From contig JBJBDC010000001.1 in assembly GCA_047285535.1 (NCBI GenBank), forward strand, positions 2,720,136 through 2,784,135: DNA of 64,000 nucleotides, read 5' to 3'. Below are positions 24,301 through 33,329 of the stretch, piece after piece. Origin of the DNA: Synechococcus sp. GTDB lineage: Bacteria; Cyanobacteriota; Cyanobacteriia; PCC-6307; Cyanobiaceae. The notes beneath the pieces are model-generated. The model was not told the DNA's origin and did no database searches. It was given only the letters and a program-made list of their open reading frames with translations. The position numbers and the translations under genes were made by a program. Numbering within the stretch: the stretch's first letter is position 1; every line of letters starts with the position of its first letter.

Positions 24301-25991
24301 TCGGAGTCACAGCGGAATATTTGCGCAGCGGCAAGCAACTTGAAATCAAGGTTGCCCAGGGGGCCAAGCCTGGTGAAGGTGGACAATTGCCCGGGCCAAA
24401 GGTGGATGACTACATCGCTGGTTTGCGTAATAGCAAAGCAGGAGTGGCGCTGATCTCACCTCCGCCGCATCACGACATCTATTCGATTGAGGACCTTGCC
24501 CAACTGATCCATGATCTGCACCAGGTGCACCCCAAAGCCCCTGTCAGTGTCAAGTTGGTGGCTGAGATCGGCATCGGCACGATCGCGGCTGGTGTGGCGA
24601 AGGCCAATGCCGATGTGATTCAGATTTCTGGCCATGATGGTGGTACGGGTGCCTCCCCACTCAGTTCGATTAAGCACGCCGGTAGTCCCTGGGAGCTGGG
24701 CCTGACGGAAGTCCATCGGTCTCTCTTGGAGAACGGTTTGCGGGATCGCGTTTTGCTGCGTGCTGATGGTGGTCTTAAGACTGGTTGGGATGTGGTTATC
24801 GCTGCCCTTCTCGGCGCTGAAGAGTATGGATTTGGTTCTATTGCGATGATCGCTGAGGGCTGCATCATGGCTCGCGTTTGTCATACCAATAACTGCCCTG
24901 TGGGTGTGGCCACTCAGAAAGAGGCTCTAAGGAAGCGCTTTACAGGTGTTCCCGAACACGTGGTGAATTTCTTCTGGTACGTGGCCGAAGAGGTTCGTCA
25001 ATTGATGAGTCTTCTAGGAGTCAGTCGTCTTGAGGATCTGATTGGTCGCTGCGATCTGCTCCAGCCTCGTTCCGTAGAGCTTGCCAAAACAAAGTGCGTT
25101 GATCTCTCCAATTTGTTAGCTCCAGCTGGCGATGCTAACGATCGTTCCTGGCTGCTCCACAGTCCAAAACCTCATGGCAATGGTCCGATTCTTGAAGATC
25201 ATCTTTTGGCAGATGCCGAAGTGATGCAGGCGCTGGAGAACCATGGCTCGCTCAGGCGCAGCATGGACATCGTTAACACCGATCGCAGTGTTGGTGCTCG
25301 ACTGGCAGGTGAAATCGCTCAGCGTCACGGAAATCGTGGCTTTGAAGGTCAGTTGAACCTTCAATTCCGGGGTGCTGCCGGCCAAAGTTTTGCAGCATTT
25401 CTCGTCCAAGGGATGACGGTTCGCTTGGAAGGGGAGGCCAATGACTATGTCGGGAAAGGGATGAACAGTGGTCGTATCACTCTTGTGCCTAGTGATGATG
25501 TCCAAAATCCAGGGGATCAGGTGATCCTTGGTAATACCTGCCTCTATGGAGCCACTGGCGGTGAGCTTTTTGCTCTTGGTCGTGCTGGCGAACGTTTTGG
25601 TGTTCGAAACAGCGGTGCCCGTGCTGTGGTCGAGGGTGCAGGAGATCACTGCTGCGAGTACATGACCGGAGGAGTGATTGTGGTACTGGGAGGAACCGGG
25701 CGCAATGTGGGTGCTGGCATGACTGGCGGTGTCGCGTTCTTATTGGATGAATCTGGTGGTGTGCGTCCCCGCGTCAATGCTGAAATCGTTGAGGTTCTCA
25801 GCATCACCACCCCGCAACAAGAGTCTTTGTTGCAATCACTTTTAGAGACTCATGTGAGCACCACTGCCAGTGCCAAGGCCAAGGCTTTGTTGTCGGATTG
25901 GACTAATTCAAAGTCTTCTTTCAAGGTTTTGGTTCCCCCCAGTGAGCGAGCAGCGATGGGGCTTGTCCAGCGCGCTGCCGTGACGGCCTAA
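21393..25991 (+). CDS. glsF: ferredoxin-dependent glutamate synthase
   Basis: EKDACGVGF, HRRFSTNT, HNGEINT, AQGAKPGEGGQL and CIMARVCHTNNC motifs; start uncertain (ORF opens at 21294). Confidence 0.97.
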   Translation: MTQFTGSDWPYCDSSAPAEVAGEKDACGVGFLAQLQGERSHWILQQALRGLGCMEHRGGCGGDGDSGDGAGILCDIPWDYLKAVWPEATEANGLGMIFLPRDSTRRAEAHRFCDEAAESLGLTSAGWRDVPVDPEVLGPLARETSPVIEQWLIRGSVDGDALEALLLRLRRRIGARIRHEFGAEGARDFYVASLSGRTVVYKGMVRSEVLAHFYADLRDPRFAVSFAVYHRRFSTNTLPRWPLAQPMRLLGHNGEINTLLGNLNWAKASEADLENVWGEVASDLIPVVNSNFSDSANLDATLELMVRSGRSITDSLITLVPEAFRNQPDLDCRPDVTAMYEFNAGTQEPWDGPALLVFADGKRVGATLDRNGLRPARWCTTADGFVIMGSETGVVDLTGKTVVEKGRLGPGQMVAVDLERGELLNNWAVKEDAAQRFPYAHWLEQHRRSLSAQPWTQNCQISELDLLRLQTAMGFTAEDLDLVIEDMAGLGKEPTYCMGDDIPLAVLSSKPHLLYDYFKQRFAQVTNPPIDPLREKLVMSLEMHLGQRRAALKPHAEAAALIHLDSPVLNESELTALTDRGLTVRFLSTQVSLEACAAGLQSAVDSLSSRAEQAVQDGAQILVLSDRVNADEQPQELTATTVAMPALLAVGAVHHHLLRHKLRLRCSLVADTAQCWSTHHMACLIGYGASAVCPWLTWETTRHWLTHPKTQKRIEQGKLQPLDPDKAQENVRLSLENGLRKILSKIGISLLASYHGAQIFEAIGLGADVIEKAFTGTTSRVAGMTLQELANETLSLHAKAFPELNRSKLEFMGFVQYRTGGEYHLNSPEMSKTLHRAVKAGPEYDHFSTYRTLLENRPVTALRDLLEFKLAPTPLPLDQVESAESICTRFCTGGMSLGALSREAHEVLAVAMNRIGGKSNSGEGGEDPARFQVLNDVDGDGRSASFPSIGGLRNGDTACSAIKQIASGRFGVTAEYLRSGKQLEIKVAQGAKPGEGGQLPGPKVDDYIAGLRNSKAGVALISPPPHHDIYSIEDLAQLIHDLHQVHPKAPVSVKLVAEIGIGTIAAGVAKANADVIQISGHDGGTGASPLSSIKHAGSPWELGLTEVHRSLLENGLRDRVLLRADGGLKTGWDVVIAALLGAEEYGFGSIAMIAEGCIMARVCHTNNCPVGVATQKEALRKRFTGVPEHVVNFFWYVAEEVRQLMSLLGVSRLEDLIGRCDLLQPRSVELAKTKCVDLSNLLAPAGDANDRSWLLHSPKPHGNGPILEDHLLADAEVMQALENHGSLRRSMDIVNTDRSVGARLAGEIAQRHGNRGFEGQLNLQFRGAAGQSFAAFLVQGMTVRLEGEANDYVGKGMNSGRITLVPSDDVQNPGDQVILGNTCLYGATGGELFALGRAGERFGVRNSGARAVVEGAGDHCCEYMTGGVIVVLGGTGRNVGAGMTGGVAFLLDESGGVRPRVNAEIVEVLSITTPQQESLLQSLLETHVSTTASAKAKALLSDWTNSKSSFKVLVPPSERAAMGLVQRAAVTA

Positions 25992-26003
25992 TGATCAAGA
26001 TTC

Positions 26004-26312
26004 ATGGCTTGGTTTGTTAAGCAGGAAACCTTCACAGCAGCAATGACATCACTGTCCGCAGAGGATCGTCGAAGTCATTGTTATGACCATCGCTGTTGGG
26101 TTGAAGCACAGCGGAACTCAGGGGTTGCCATGGCGAGTGGCTTTCTCGTGGATGATCAACACAATCCTGGAGGCGGAGGATTATTGGTCTTTGAGGCCTC
26201 AAGCTACGAGTCGGCAGAAGCGCTGATCCGTGACGACCCGATGATTTCAAGGAACTTGGTCACCTGGACGTTGCATGAATGGAAGCCTGTGATTGGAAGT
26301 CTTTTGGCTTAG
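26004..26312 (+). CDS. YciI family protein
   Basis: About 100 aa with SGFLVD...GGGGLLVFEA and DDPM motifs. Confidence 0.8.
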   Translation: MAWFVKQETFTAAMTSLSAEDRRSHCYDHRCWVEAQRNSGVAMASGFLVDDQHNPGGGGLLVFEASSYESAEALIRDDPMISRNLVTWTLHEWKPVIGSLLA

Positions 26313-26340
26313 TTCATGGGTTGGTATTTTGTGTCAAATT

Positions 26341-27219
26341 TCAGCGTGGGTGATTGGCCATCAAGCGCTGAACCTCTGCTGCGTGATAACTACTTCTCGT
26401 GAGAGGTGTGCTCACTACTTGTAAAAATCCCAGTTCATTTTCACCGTGATCTCGGTAGGTTTCAAATTCCCCTGGGGTTACAAACCGGTCAACGGCCAAA
26501 TGCTTTGGACCTGGAGATAGGTACTGCCCGATGGTGACAATATCAACATCGTGGTGTCGCAAATCGGCCAAAGTCATCTTGACCTCTTCGTTGGTTTCGC
26601 CTAGGCCAACCATGAGGCCAGATTTGCTGTACGACCTTGGCCAACTCTTGCGTACGCGTTGGAGTAGTTCCAACGATCGTTCGTAGATCCCTTGCGGTCG
26701 AGCGCGGGGATAGAGGCGCGGCACGGTCTCAATGTTGTGGTTCAGCACATCGGGTGCGGCATTCATCACGGTTGCCAGGGCATCCCAGTTGCCACAAAAG
26801 TCTGGGATGAGCAATTCAATGGTGGTTTGCGGCGATCGCTCACGCACGTTCTGGATGCAGGAGACAAATTGAGAAGCACCTCCGTCTGCAAGGTCATCAC
26901 GGTTAACTGAAGTGATGACGACATGCCTTAGTCCAAGTCGGGTGACTGCTTCCCCAAGGCGCATGGGCTCCGTTGGGTCAAGTGTTCGAACGCTTTTATC
27001 AAAATCAATATCGCAGTAGGGACAGGCACGCGTGCAGCCTGGACCCATGATGAGGAAAGTAGCGGTCCCTCCAGCAAAGCATTCGCCAATATTGGGGCAA
27101 CTTGCTTCTTGGCAAACTGTGTTCAGCTTGAGGTCCAGAAGCAAGTCGGCCACCTCTCCAATGCGTTCACGCTGGGGGGCTTTGACGCGCAACCATGCAG
27201 GTTTCTGAAGTGACGCCAT
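26341..27219 (-). CDS. lipA: lipoyl synthase
   Basis: [20 protein letters not shown] and RSSY motifs. Confidence 0.97.
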   Translation of the reverse strand: MASLQKPAWLRVKAPQRERIGEVADLLLDLKLNTVCQEASCPNIGECFAGGTATFLIMGPGCTRACPYCDIDFDKSVRTLDPTEPMRLGEAVTRLGLRHVVITSVNRDDLADGGASQFVSCIQNVRERSPQTTIELLIPDFCGNWDALATVMNAAPDVLNHNIETVPRLYPRARPQGIYERSLELLQRVRKSWPRSYSKSGLMVGLGETNEEVKMTLADLRHHDVDIVTIGQYLSPGPKHLAVDRFVTPGEFETYRDHGENELGFLQVVSTPLTRSSYHAAEVQRLMANHPR

Positions 27220-27237
27220 CTTCTAAAGTCGCCTCAT

Positions 27238-27311
27238 CGGGATGTAGCGCAGCTTGGTAGCGCACTTCGTTCGGGACGAAGGGGCCGCAGGTTCGAATCC
27301 TGTCATCCCGA
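27238..27311 (+). tRNA. tRNA-Pro (CGG)
   Basis: Cloverleaf with CGGGATG/CATCCCG acceptor stem, CTTCG-ttCGGga-CGAAG anticodon arm and GTTCGAATC T-loop. Confidence 0.97.
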
Positions 27312-27326
27312 CTCTATGAGTGGCTT

Positions 27327-29207
27327 TCAATTCAGCTCTGCTCCTGGATAGCCCCGTGGAGTCACCATTCGGCCCCCGTCCATCCTGCTGCTGCTGTTGC
27401 CGATGACCAGAACGGTGAGCATGTCAACAGTCTCTACTGGCAGGTTGTCGAGTCGATGAAATGAGACTTGTTCTTCGATTCGACCCAATTGCCTCGCGAT
27501 CACAACAGGCGTGGTGGGAGGGCGTTCAGTGAGCAGAATTTCTTTGGCACGTTGCAGCTGCCAATCGCGACCCTGAGAGCGAGGGTTGTAGAGCGCAACA
27601 ACGAAATCGCCTGCTGCAGCCGCTGCTAATCGTCGTTCAATGACTTCCCAAGGCGTTAGTCGATCGCTAAGGCTGACGGTGCAGAAGTCATGCATTAGAG
27701 GTGCACCAGCCTTGGCTGCTGCTAGCTGTAATGCGGAGATTCCTGGATGCACCGTAAAACGAGGCCGCTCGTGTTCCGGTAGATCCAGCCACAGCTCAAG
27801 AGCAAGCCCAGCCATCCCATAGATCCCGCTGTCTCCAGACGAAATCAATGCCACGCGAACACCTTGGCGAGCAAGGCTCAAAGCTTGCTGGCAGCGGTCT
27901 CTTTCCATGGTGAGTTGCCCATCCAAGCGAATTTGATCTGGACGTCGCAGTGGTTCCAGTAAATCGAGATAAAGCCCGTATCCAACCCAGGCAGGGCAAC
28001 GCTCCAGGGCGCTTCGGGCTTCCGGGGTGAGGAGTTCAAGGTTGCCCGGCCCACTGCCGATCAGGTGTAATTCACCGCGCTGGGGTGCGAAAGCCTCCAT
28101 GCTTGCGGCAATGGCCACAGTGACGGCGCCATGTTCGTTGCTTGCTGCGTGGGTAATCCGTTTGTGCAGCTTGAGATGCCCTTGGTGTCCTGCACTCAGT
28201 AGGGCAGCTGCTTCTGCAACAGAACCGGTTCCCATTTCTGCAGCCACAACCTTCGAAGGGGTTGGCACTGTCACTCCATCGAGGGCTTTGGCTGTATGAA
28301 ATTGGAGGGGCCAACCATGAAGGTCTGCGAGTTCTTGTAGGGCCTGTTCATCGCTCTTGCGGTCGATGCTGCTGATGCCGGCAACGGCGGCCTCGGCTAA
28401 TCCTGCTTCCTTTAGCGCACTCGCCACTGCGCGTTGGATCAGGTTCAGGCTTGTGTCGCGTTCGCAACCTATTCCAAGCCATAGCAGTGGTGGGTGCCAT
28501 GAACAGGCACCGGCATTTGTAATGCAGGTGCTGATTTCTAAAGTCGGCGGGGTGTGTTCTGACTCGACATCGCTCTGCTGATGCAGGCTGGCATGAGCAG
28601 CCAAGCTGCCTTGCCAGAGCTTGCTTCCTTCTTTCTGAATGAGATGGGTTGGTTCTCCTCGTGCTTGGGCAATCATGAGTTGCTTCCAGTCGGCGATTCT
28701 TCCACCCCGTTGCCATCCCCAAGCATCGCCAAAACCATCGGTTGCAAGTCGGCCTGAAACAGCACAGTCCCCGCTCACAACGGCTTCCCCTCCAATCAAA
28801 GCCGCGACTTCTCGGCTCAATTGTTCGGCATCCGCCTGGTGGCCTCCAAGCAATGGGATCACCCTTTTCCCTGCTGCATCGAGCACCAGCACTGCGGGGT
28901 CTGTTGCTTTGTCGCCTATCAGTGGAGCAATCAACCGGGTTGCTGCGCCTGTAGCCCCGATCACCATGAGCAGGCCTCCGTGTTGCCAGTGCTGCTTTAG
29001 CAACACTGCAGCTGAGCTCACCAGACACGTTTCGCCTGAATCAGGAATGGCGCTGGCGGCACTTGGAGTGAGCGCGAGTTGATCAGCAAGGCCGGATTGC
29101 TTCAGCCTTTTCAGCAAAGGCCATGCCCTTGAGGAAAGCCCTAGGGCCAATCGCCGGGCAGCGGCTGGAGGAGACGATTCGTTCAGGACAGGAGTTCCGA
29201 ATGTCAA
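27327..29207 (-). CDS. cobJ: CbiG / precorrin-3B C17-methyltransferase fusion
   Basis: CbiG motifs (DKATDPAVLVLD, LLGGH, LGIGC, SVAEAAA) plus CobJ motifs (GSGPG, SSGDSGIYGMAG, SLSDRLTPW). Confidence 0.92.
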   Translation of the reverse strand: MTFGTPVLNESSPPAAARRLALGLSSRAWPLLKRLKQSGLADQLALTPSAASAIPDSGETCLVSSAAVLLKQHWQHGGLLMVIGATGAATRLIAPLIGDKATDPAVLVLDAAGKRVIPLLGGHQADAEQLSREVAALIGGEAVVSGDCAVSGRLATDGFGDAWGWQRGGRIADWKQLMIAQARGEPTHLIQKEGSKLWQGSLAAHASLHQQSDVESEHTPPTLEISTCITNAGACSWHPPLLWLGIGCERDTSLNLIQRAVASALKEAGLAEAAVAGISSIDRKSDEQALQELADLHGWPLQFHTAKALDGVTVPTPSKVVAAEMGTGSVAEAAALLSAGHQGHLKLHKRITHAASNEHGAVTVAIAASMEAFAPQRGELHLIGSGPGNLELLTPEARSALERCPAWVGYGLYLDLLEPLRRPDQIRLDGQLTMERDRCQQALSLARQGVRVALISSGDSGIYGMAGLALELWLDLPEHERPRFTVHPGISALQLAAAKAGAPLMHDFCTVSLSDRLTPWEVIERRLAAAAAGDFVVALYNPRSQGRDWQLQRAKEILLTERPPTTPVVIARQLGRIEEQVSFHRLDNLPVETVDMLTVLVIGNSSSRMDGGRMVTPRGYPGAELN

Positions 29208-30625
29208 CGCTGGGTGCCATTGGCATTCAATAGCTCCCTGGCTGATCCTCCCAGGGTGCTGGTTGGAGAGATTCTTTCCTGTTCCATGTCCATTCTGATC
29301 TGCGGTTCCTTGGCTGTGGAACCTGGTTCAGGATTGGGGGTCTCGATGGATTCAGGTGGGAGTTCCGATGGAGTGTTTGTTGTTGAATCAGGCTCTTCTT
29401 TGATGTTGATTGCCTCATCGGGCACTGCCTCATCGGGCACTGCCTCATCGAGCCCTGTCTTTTTGGTCATTGCCGTATCACTCGCTGTTTCCTTTTTGAC
29501 AGCCTTCAAATTCAAAGATTTTTCGCCTGCCGCCCCTTCTTCAAAGCCTTCCTCTTGAGCACTGAGCTGTTCTGTGAGATCGAGTGTTGAGGAGGGTTGT
29601 GGGGGAGGTGACATGTTGGGTTGTGTTTGGTTCTGATGGTCTGGTTTGGCTTCACCCAGCAAACGGGCCATTTCAGTGTCAGTCAGATTTGGTTTCAACC
29701 AGACGGCTTTTGAACTCTTTCGCTCAGGCAGTGCCCTTAATTGATTGTTGAAACTGGGGTCGATCGACTCCCCGATTCCATTCAGCAATTCCATCTGCAC
29801 AGTGTTGTCACCTTGGTGGTTGTTGATTCCCTCCAACCAGAGCGCATCTTGCTGATCAACTACAAAACTGCTGTCGTTAACGGTGATTCTTAGGCGCCAG
29901 CGAGCATCTCCATCTCTGAGATTTTGAAGCGGAGCGTTCCATACCAGCCAGTCCAGCAGGAGAGGATCCTTATCCCCAAGCTCAGCTGGACTCACCATGG
30001 CCAGCCATGGGGCACCAGGATCTGGTTGAGTACCCATTAAGGGCCTGAACTGATGCAGTCGCCAATTCAAGCTGGCACCAGGAGCCTTGACGGATTCGCC
30101 CCAGGGATAAGCGGCATAGGCCGTGAAGCGGTGGCTACCAGCAGGCAGAGAGGGGAGTTGCAGCGTTAAGCGGTTCCCATTCCCTTCGCTAATACGTATG
30201 GGTTCTCGATCATCAATTTGAATGGCTACGTGGGCACCAAGTCCGAGTTCTGAATCATTGGCCAAGGGCCAGTCTTCGATCATTAACTCGAGATTGATTG
30301 GGCCTCCCTTGAGTTGGCTCCCATCCTTTGGTCCGATAAGCGATAAGTGCGGATGATGGGTGGCTAAGGCCTGACGAAGTTGCTGAACGGCACCTGGTGG
30401 TTCGACTTCTTTAAGGCGACCCGATGGGTTTTGAGTAGGGAGAGTTGCGCGGTGATTAAAAGCAGATCCGGATTGGATCGGATTGCCCCAGGGCATGAAC
30501 GACATGGCCAGCACAGGATGCCCAAGGCCGAATAGAAGAATCAGCATGACCAGTGCTGCAAACCATCGCAGGCTGCGGTGTCGCCGACCCGATAGATCCA
30601 TGAAGAAAGGATGGTGTACTGCCAT
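29204..30625 (-). CDS. conserved hypothetical exported protein with acidic low-complexity tail
   Basis: 473 aa ORF, signal-peptide-like N-terminus, HRFTAYAAYPWGES core. Confidence 0.75.
   Translation of the reverse strand: MAVHHPFFMDLSGRRHRSLRWFAALVMLILLFGLGHPVLAMSFMPWGNPIQSGSAFNHRATLPTQNPSGRLKEVEPPGAVQQLRQALATHHPHLSLIGPKDGSQLKGGPINLELMIEDWPLANDSELGLGAHVAIQIDDREPIRISEGNGNRLTLQLPSLPAGSHRFTAYAAYPWGESVKAPGASLNWRLHQFRPLMGTQPDPGAPWLAMVSPAELGDKDPLLLDWLVWNAPLQNLRDGDARWRLRITVNDSSFVVDQQDALWLEGINNHQGDNTVQMELLNGIGESIDPSFNNQLRALPERKSSKAVWLKPNLTDTEMARLLGEAKPDHQNQTQPNMSPPPQPSSTLDLTEQLSAQEEGFEEGAAGEKSLNLKAVKKETASDTAMTKKTGLDEAVPDEAVPDEAINIKEEPDSTTNTPSELPPESIETPNPEPGSTAKEPQIRMDMEQERISPTSTLGGSARELLNANGTQR
29411..29450. 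repeat. 15-bp tandem repeat (DEAVP units)
   Basis: TGCCTCATCGGGCAC twice plus a partial third copy. Confidence 0.85.
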
Positions 30626-30839
30626 TCTGAATGGCTCTACTTCTCAGGTCCAGGGTGTTAACTGAGTATTATTTAGCGAAATGAAATAAGAGGATTGTTG
30701 ATAGTTTTACGCGTTTATTGGGGGGGTCCCGCTGACACAAGCTGCAACCAGACCCTAGTTGCAGACTGGTCCGCTGCCGGATTGAACCTTTGTAACTCGA
30801 TGAGGCTGTAGGTCCTCTCTCGACTCTATGCTCAGGTCA

Positions 30840-31004
30840 GCGGTCCCCTCTTTGGGGCCCAAAGCACCAGTGATAGCCAGGATTCTCCTGCCTTGATCTG
30901 GCGCCCGGCTGGAGCCTTCGGGCTATGGCCGGGGCCCCGGAGATCTTCCGGTTCTCCGGAGGGGTGGCCCTCCACCTCGATCCCGTCCCTCGAGGAACGA
31001 CTCG
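30840..31004 (+). promoter_or_regulatory. structured psaA 5' leader, probably the psaA RNA motif
   Basis: AGCC-TTCG-GGCT tetraloop hairpin (30913-30924) inside CCCGGC/GCCGGG, plus CCGGAGA/TCTCCGG stem (30937-30959); boundaries approximate. Confidence 0.6.
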
Positions 31005-33308
31005 ATGACCATCAGCCCACCAGAGCGTGGGAGCACTCGCAAGAGCAAATTTGTCAAGGTCGACAAACCTGCGACCTTTGAACTGTTCGGTAAGCCCGGG
31101 CATTTCGATAGATCTCTTGCGAAGGGTCCCAAAACCACAACCTGGGTTTGGAACCTCCACGCCAACGCTCACGATTTCGATAGCCACACGAGTGACCTTG
31201 AAGAGGTCTCTCGGAGGATCTTTAGTGCTCACTTCGGCCATTTGGCCGTGATCTTCATCTGGCTTAGCGGCGCCTTCTTCCATGGAGCCCGCTTCTCCAA
31301 CTATTCCGGCTGGCTTGCCGACCCCACTCATGTGAAGCCCAGTGCTCAGGTGGTGTGGCCGGTGTTCGGTCAGGAAATTCTCAACGGTGACATGGGTGCC
31401 GGACATCAAGGCATCCAGATCACATCAGGCCTCTTCCAAATGTGGCGTGCCTGGGGCATCACAACTGAAACCCAGTTGATGGCTCTGGCGATCGGCGCTC
31501 TGGTGATGGCCGGCCTCATGCTGAATGCAGGCGTCTTCCACTACCACAAGGCAGCTCCAAAGCTTGAGTGGTTCCAAGATGCCGAGGCCATGTTGAACCA
31601 TCACCTGGCTGGTTTGTTCGGCCTGGGTTCCTTGTCATGGGCGGGCCACCTGATCCATGTCTCGGCTCCCACCACCAAGCTGATGGATGCCATTGATGCT
31701 GGCCAGCCGCTGGTCCTCAATGGCAAGACCATCGCTTCAGCTGCCGACATCCCACTGCCTCACGAATTCTTCAACCAGGATCTACTGGCTCAGCTTTATC
31801 CAGGAATCGGCTCCGGCATCGGTGCCTTTTTCTCTGGAGATTGGGCTGCCTACAGTGATTTCTTGACTTTTAAAGGCGGTCTCAACCCGGTCACTGGAAG
31901 CCTTTGGATGACCGACATCGCGCATCACCATCTGGCGATTGCTGTGATGTTCATCGTTGCCGGTCATATGTACCGCAACAACTTCGGCATTGGCCACTCC
32001 ATTAAGGAGATCCACGAAGCGCATCAGGGAGATCCTCTGCTCTTCCCTGCAAGCAATGGCCATAAAGGTATCTATGAGTTCATGACCAACTCCTGGCATG
32101 CCCAGTTGGCCGTGAACCTTGCAATGGGTGGCTCAGTTTGCATTGTCGTTGCCCAGCACATGTACGCGATGCCTCCGTATCCGTATATCGGTATTGATTA
32201 CCCGACCCAGATCGGTTTGTTCACTCATCACATGTGGATTGGTGGCTTCCTGATCGTTGGTGGTGCAGCCCACGCTGCAATCGCCATGGTTCGCGACTAC
32301 GATCCCGCTCAGCACATTGACAACGTGCTTGACCGTGTGCTCAAGGCGCGCGATGCAATCATCAGCCACCTCAACTGGGTATGCATTTGGCTAGGAGCAC
32401 ACAGCTTCGGCCTCTATGTCCACAACGACACCATGCGTGCGTTGGGTCGTCCCCAGGACATGTTCAGTGACTCGGCGATTTCGATTCAGCCCGTGTTTGC
32501 TCAGTGGATTCAGGGGCTTCATGCTGCTGCTGCTGGTAGCACTGCGCCGAACGCCCTCGCTGGAGTGAGTGAAGTGTTCAACGGGTCTGTCGTTGCAATT
32601 GGTGGCAAGGTTGCTGCCGCTCCGATCCCGCTGGGCACTGCGGATTTCATGGTTCACCATATTCACGCCTTCACGATCCATGTGACCGTGTTGATTCTGC
32701 TGAAAGGTGTTCTCTATTCCCGTAACTCTCGCCTTATCCCTGATAAGGCCAACCTCGGCTTCCGCTTCCCTTGCGACGGCCCAGGCCGTGGTGGCACCTG
32801 TCAGGTGTCGGCTTGGGATCACGTGTTCCTGGGTCTGTTCTGGATGTACAACTCCATCTCCGTCGTGATCTTCCACTTCTCTTGGAAGATGCAAAGCGAT
32901 GTGTGGGGCACGGTGAATGCTGATGGTTCTGTCCAGCACATCACTAACGGCAATTTCGCCAACAGCGCCATAACCATCAATGGCTGGCTGCGTGACTTCC
33001 TGTGGGCTCAGGCCGCGCAGGTGATCAACAGCTATGGCTCAAACACCAGTGCCTATGGACTGATGTTCCTTGGTGCTCACTTTGTCTGGGCCTTCAGTTT
33101 GATGTTCTTGTTTAGTGGCCGCGGCTATTGGCAAGAGCTGATTGAGTCCATCGTTTGGGCTCACAACAAGCTGAAGGTGGCACCTGCCATCCAGCCCCGT
33201 GCACTGTCCATCACCCAGGGCCGTGCCGTTGGTGTTGCCCATTACCTCTTGGGCGGCATTGCGACCACGTGGGCCTTCTTCCACGCCCACATCCTTGTGG
33301 TCGGCTGA
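31005..33308 (+). CDS. psaA: photosystem I P700 apoprotein A1
   Basis: MTISPPER start and FX motif [15 protein letters not shown]. Confidence 0.99.
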   Translation: MTISPPERGSTRKSKFVKVDKPATFELFGKPGHFDRSLAKGPKTTTWVWNLHANAHDFDSHTSDLEEVSRRIFSAHFGHLAVIFIWLSGAFFHGARFSNYSGWLADPTHVKPSAQVVWPVFGQEILNGDMGAGHQGIQITSGLFQMWRAWGITTETQLMALAIGALVMAGLMLNAGVFHYHKAAPKLEWFQDAEAMLNHHLAGLFGLGSLSWAGHLIHVSAPTTKLMDAIDAGQPLVLNGKTIASAADIPLPHEFFNQDLLAQLYPGIGSGIGAFFSGDWAAYSDFLTFKGGLNPVTGSLWMTDIAHHHLAIAVMFIVAGHMYRNNFGIGHSIKEIHEAHQGDPLLFPASNGHKGIYEFMTNSWHAQLAVNLAMGGSVCIVVAQHMYAMPPYPYIGIDYPTQIGLFTHHMWIGGFLIVGGAAHAAIAMVRDYDPAQHIDNVLDRVLKARDAIISHLNWVCIWLGAHSFGLYVHNDTMRALGRPQDMFSDSAISIQPVFAQWIQGLHAAAAGSTAPNALAGVSEVFNGSVVAIGGKVAAAPIPLGTADFMVHHIHAFTIHVTVLILLKGVLYSRNSRLIPDKANLGFRFPCDGPGRGGTCQVSAWDHVFLGLFWMYNSISVVIFHFSWKMQSDVWGTVNADGSVQHITNGNFANSAITINGWLRDFLWAQAAQVINSYGSNTSAYGLMFLGAHFVWAFSLMFLFSGRGYWQELIESIVWAHNKLKVAPAIQPRALSITQGRAVGVAHYLLGGIATTWAFFHAHILVVG

Positions 33309-33329
33309 CCTCACTGACCTTTCCCTCTA

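Noticed and set aside
27238..27326. tRNA-Pro as a possible integration site
   Set aside because: Flanked directly by core genes lipA and cobJ; no insertion present
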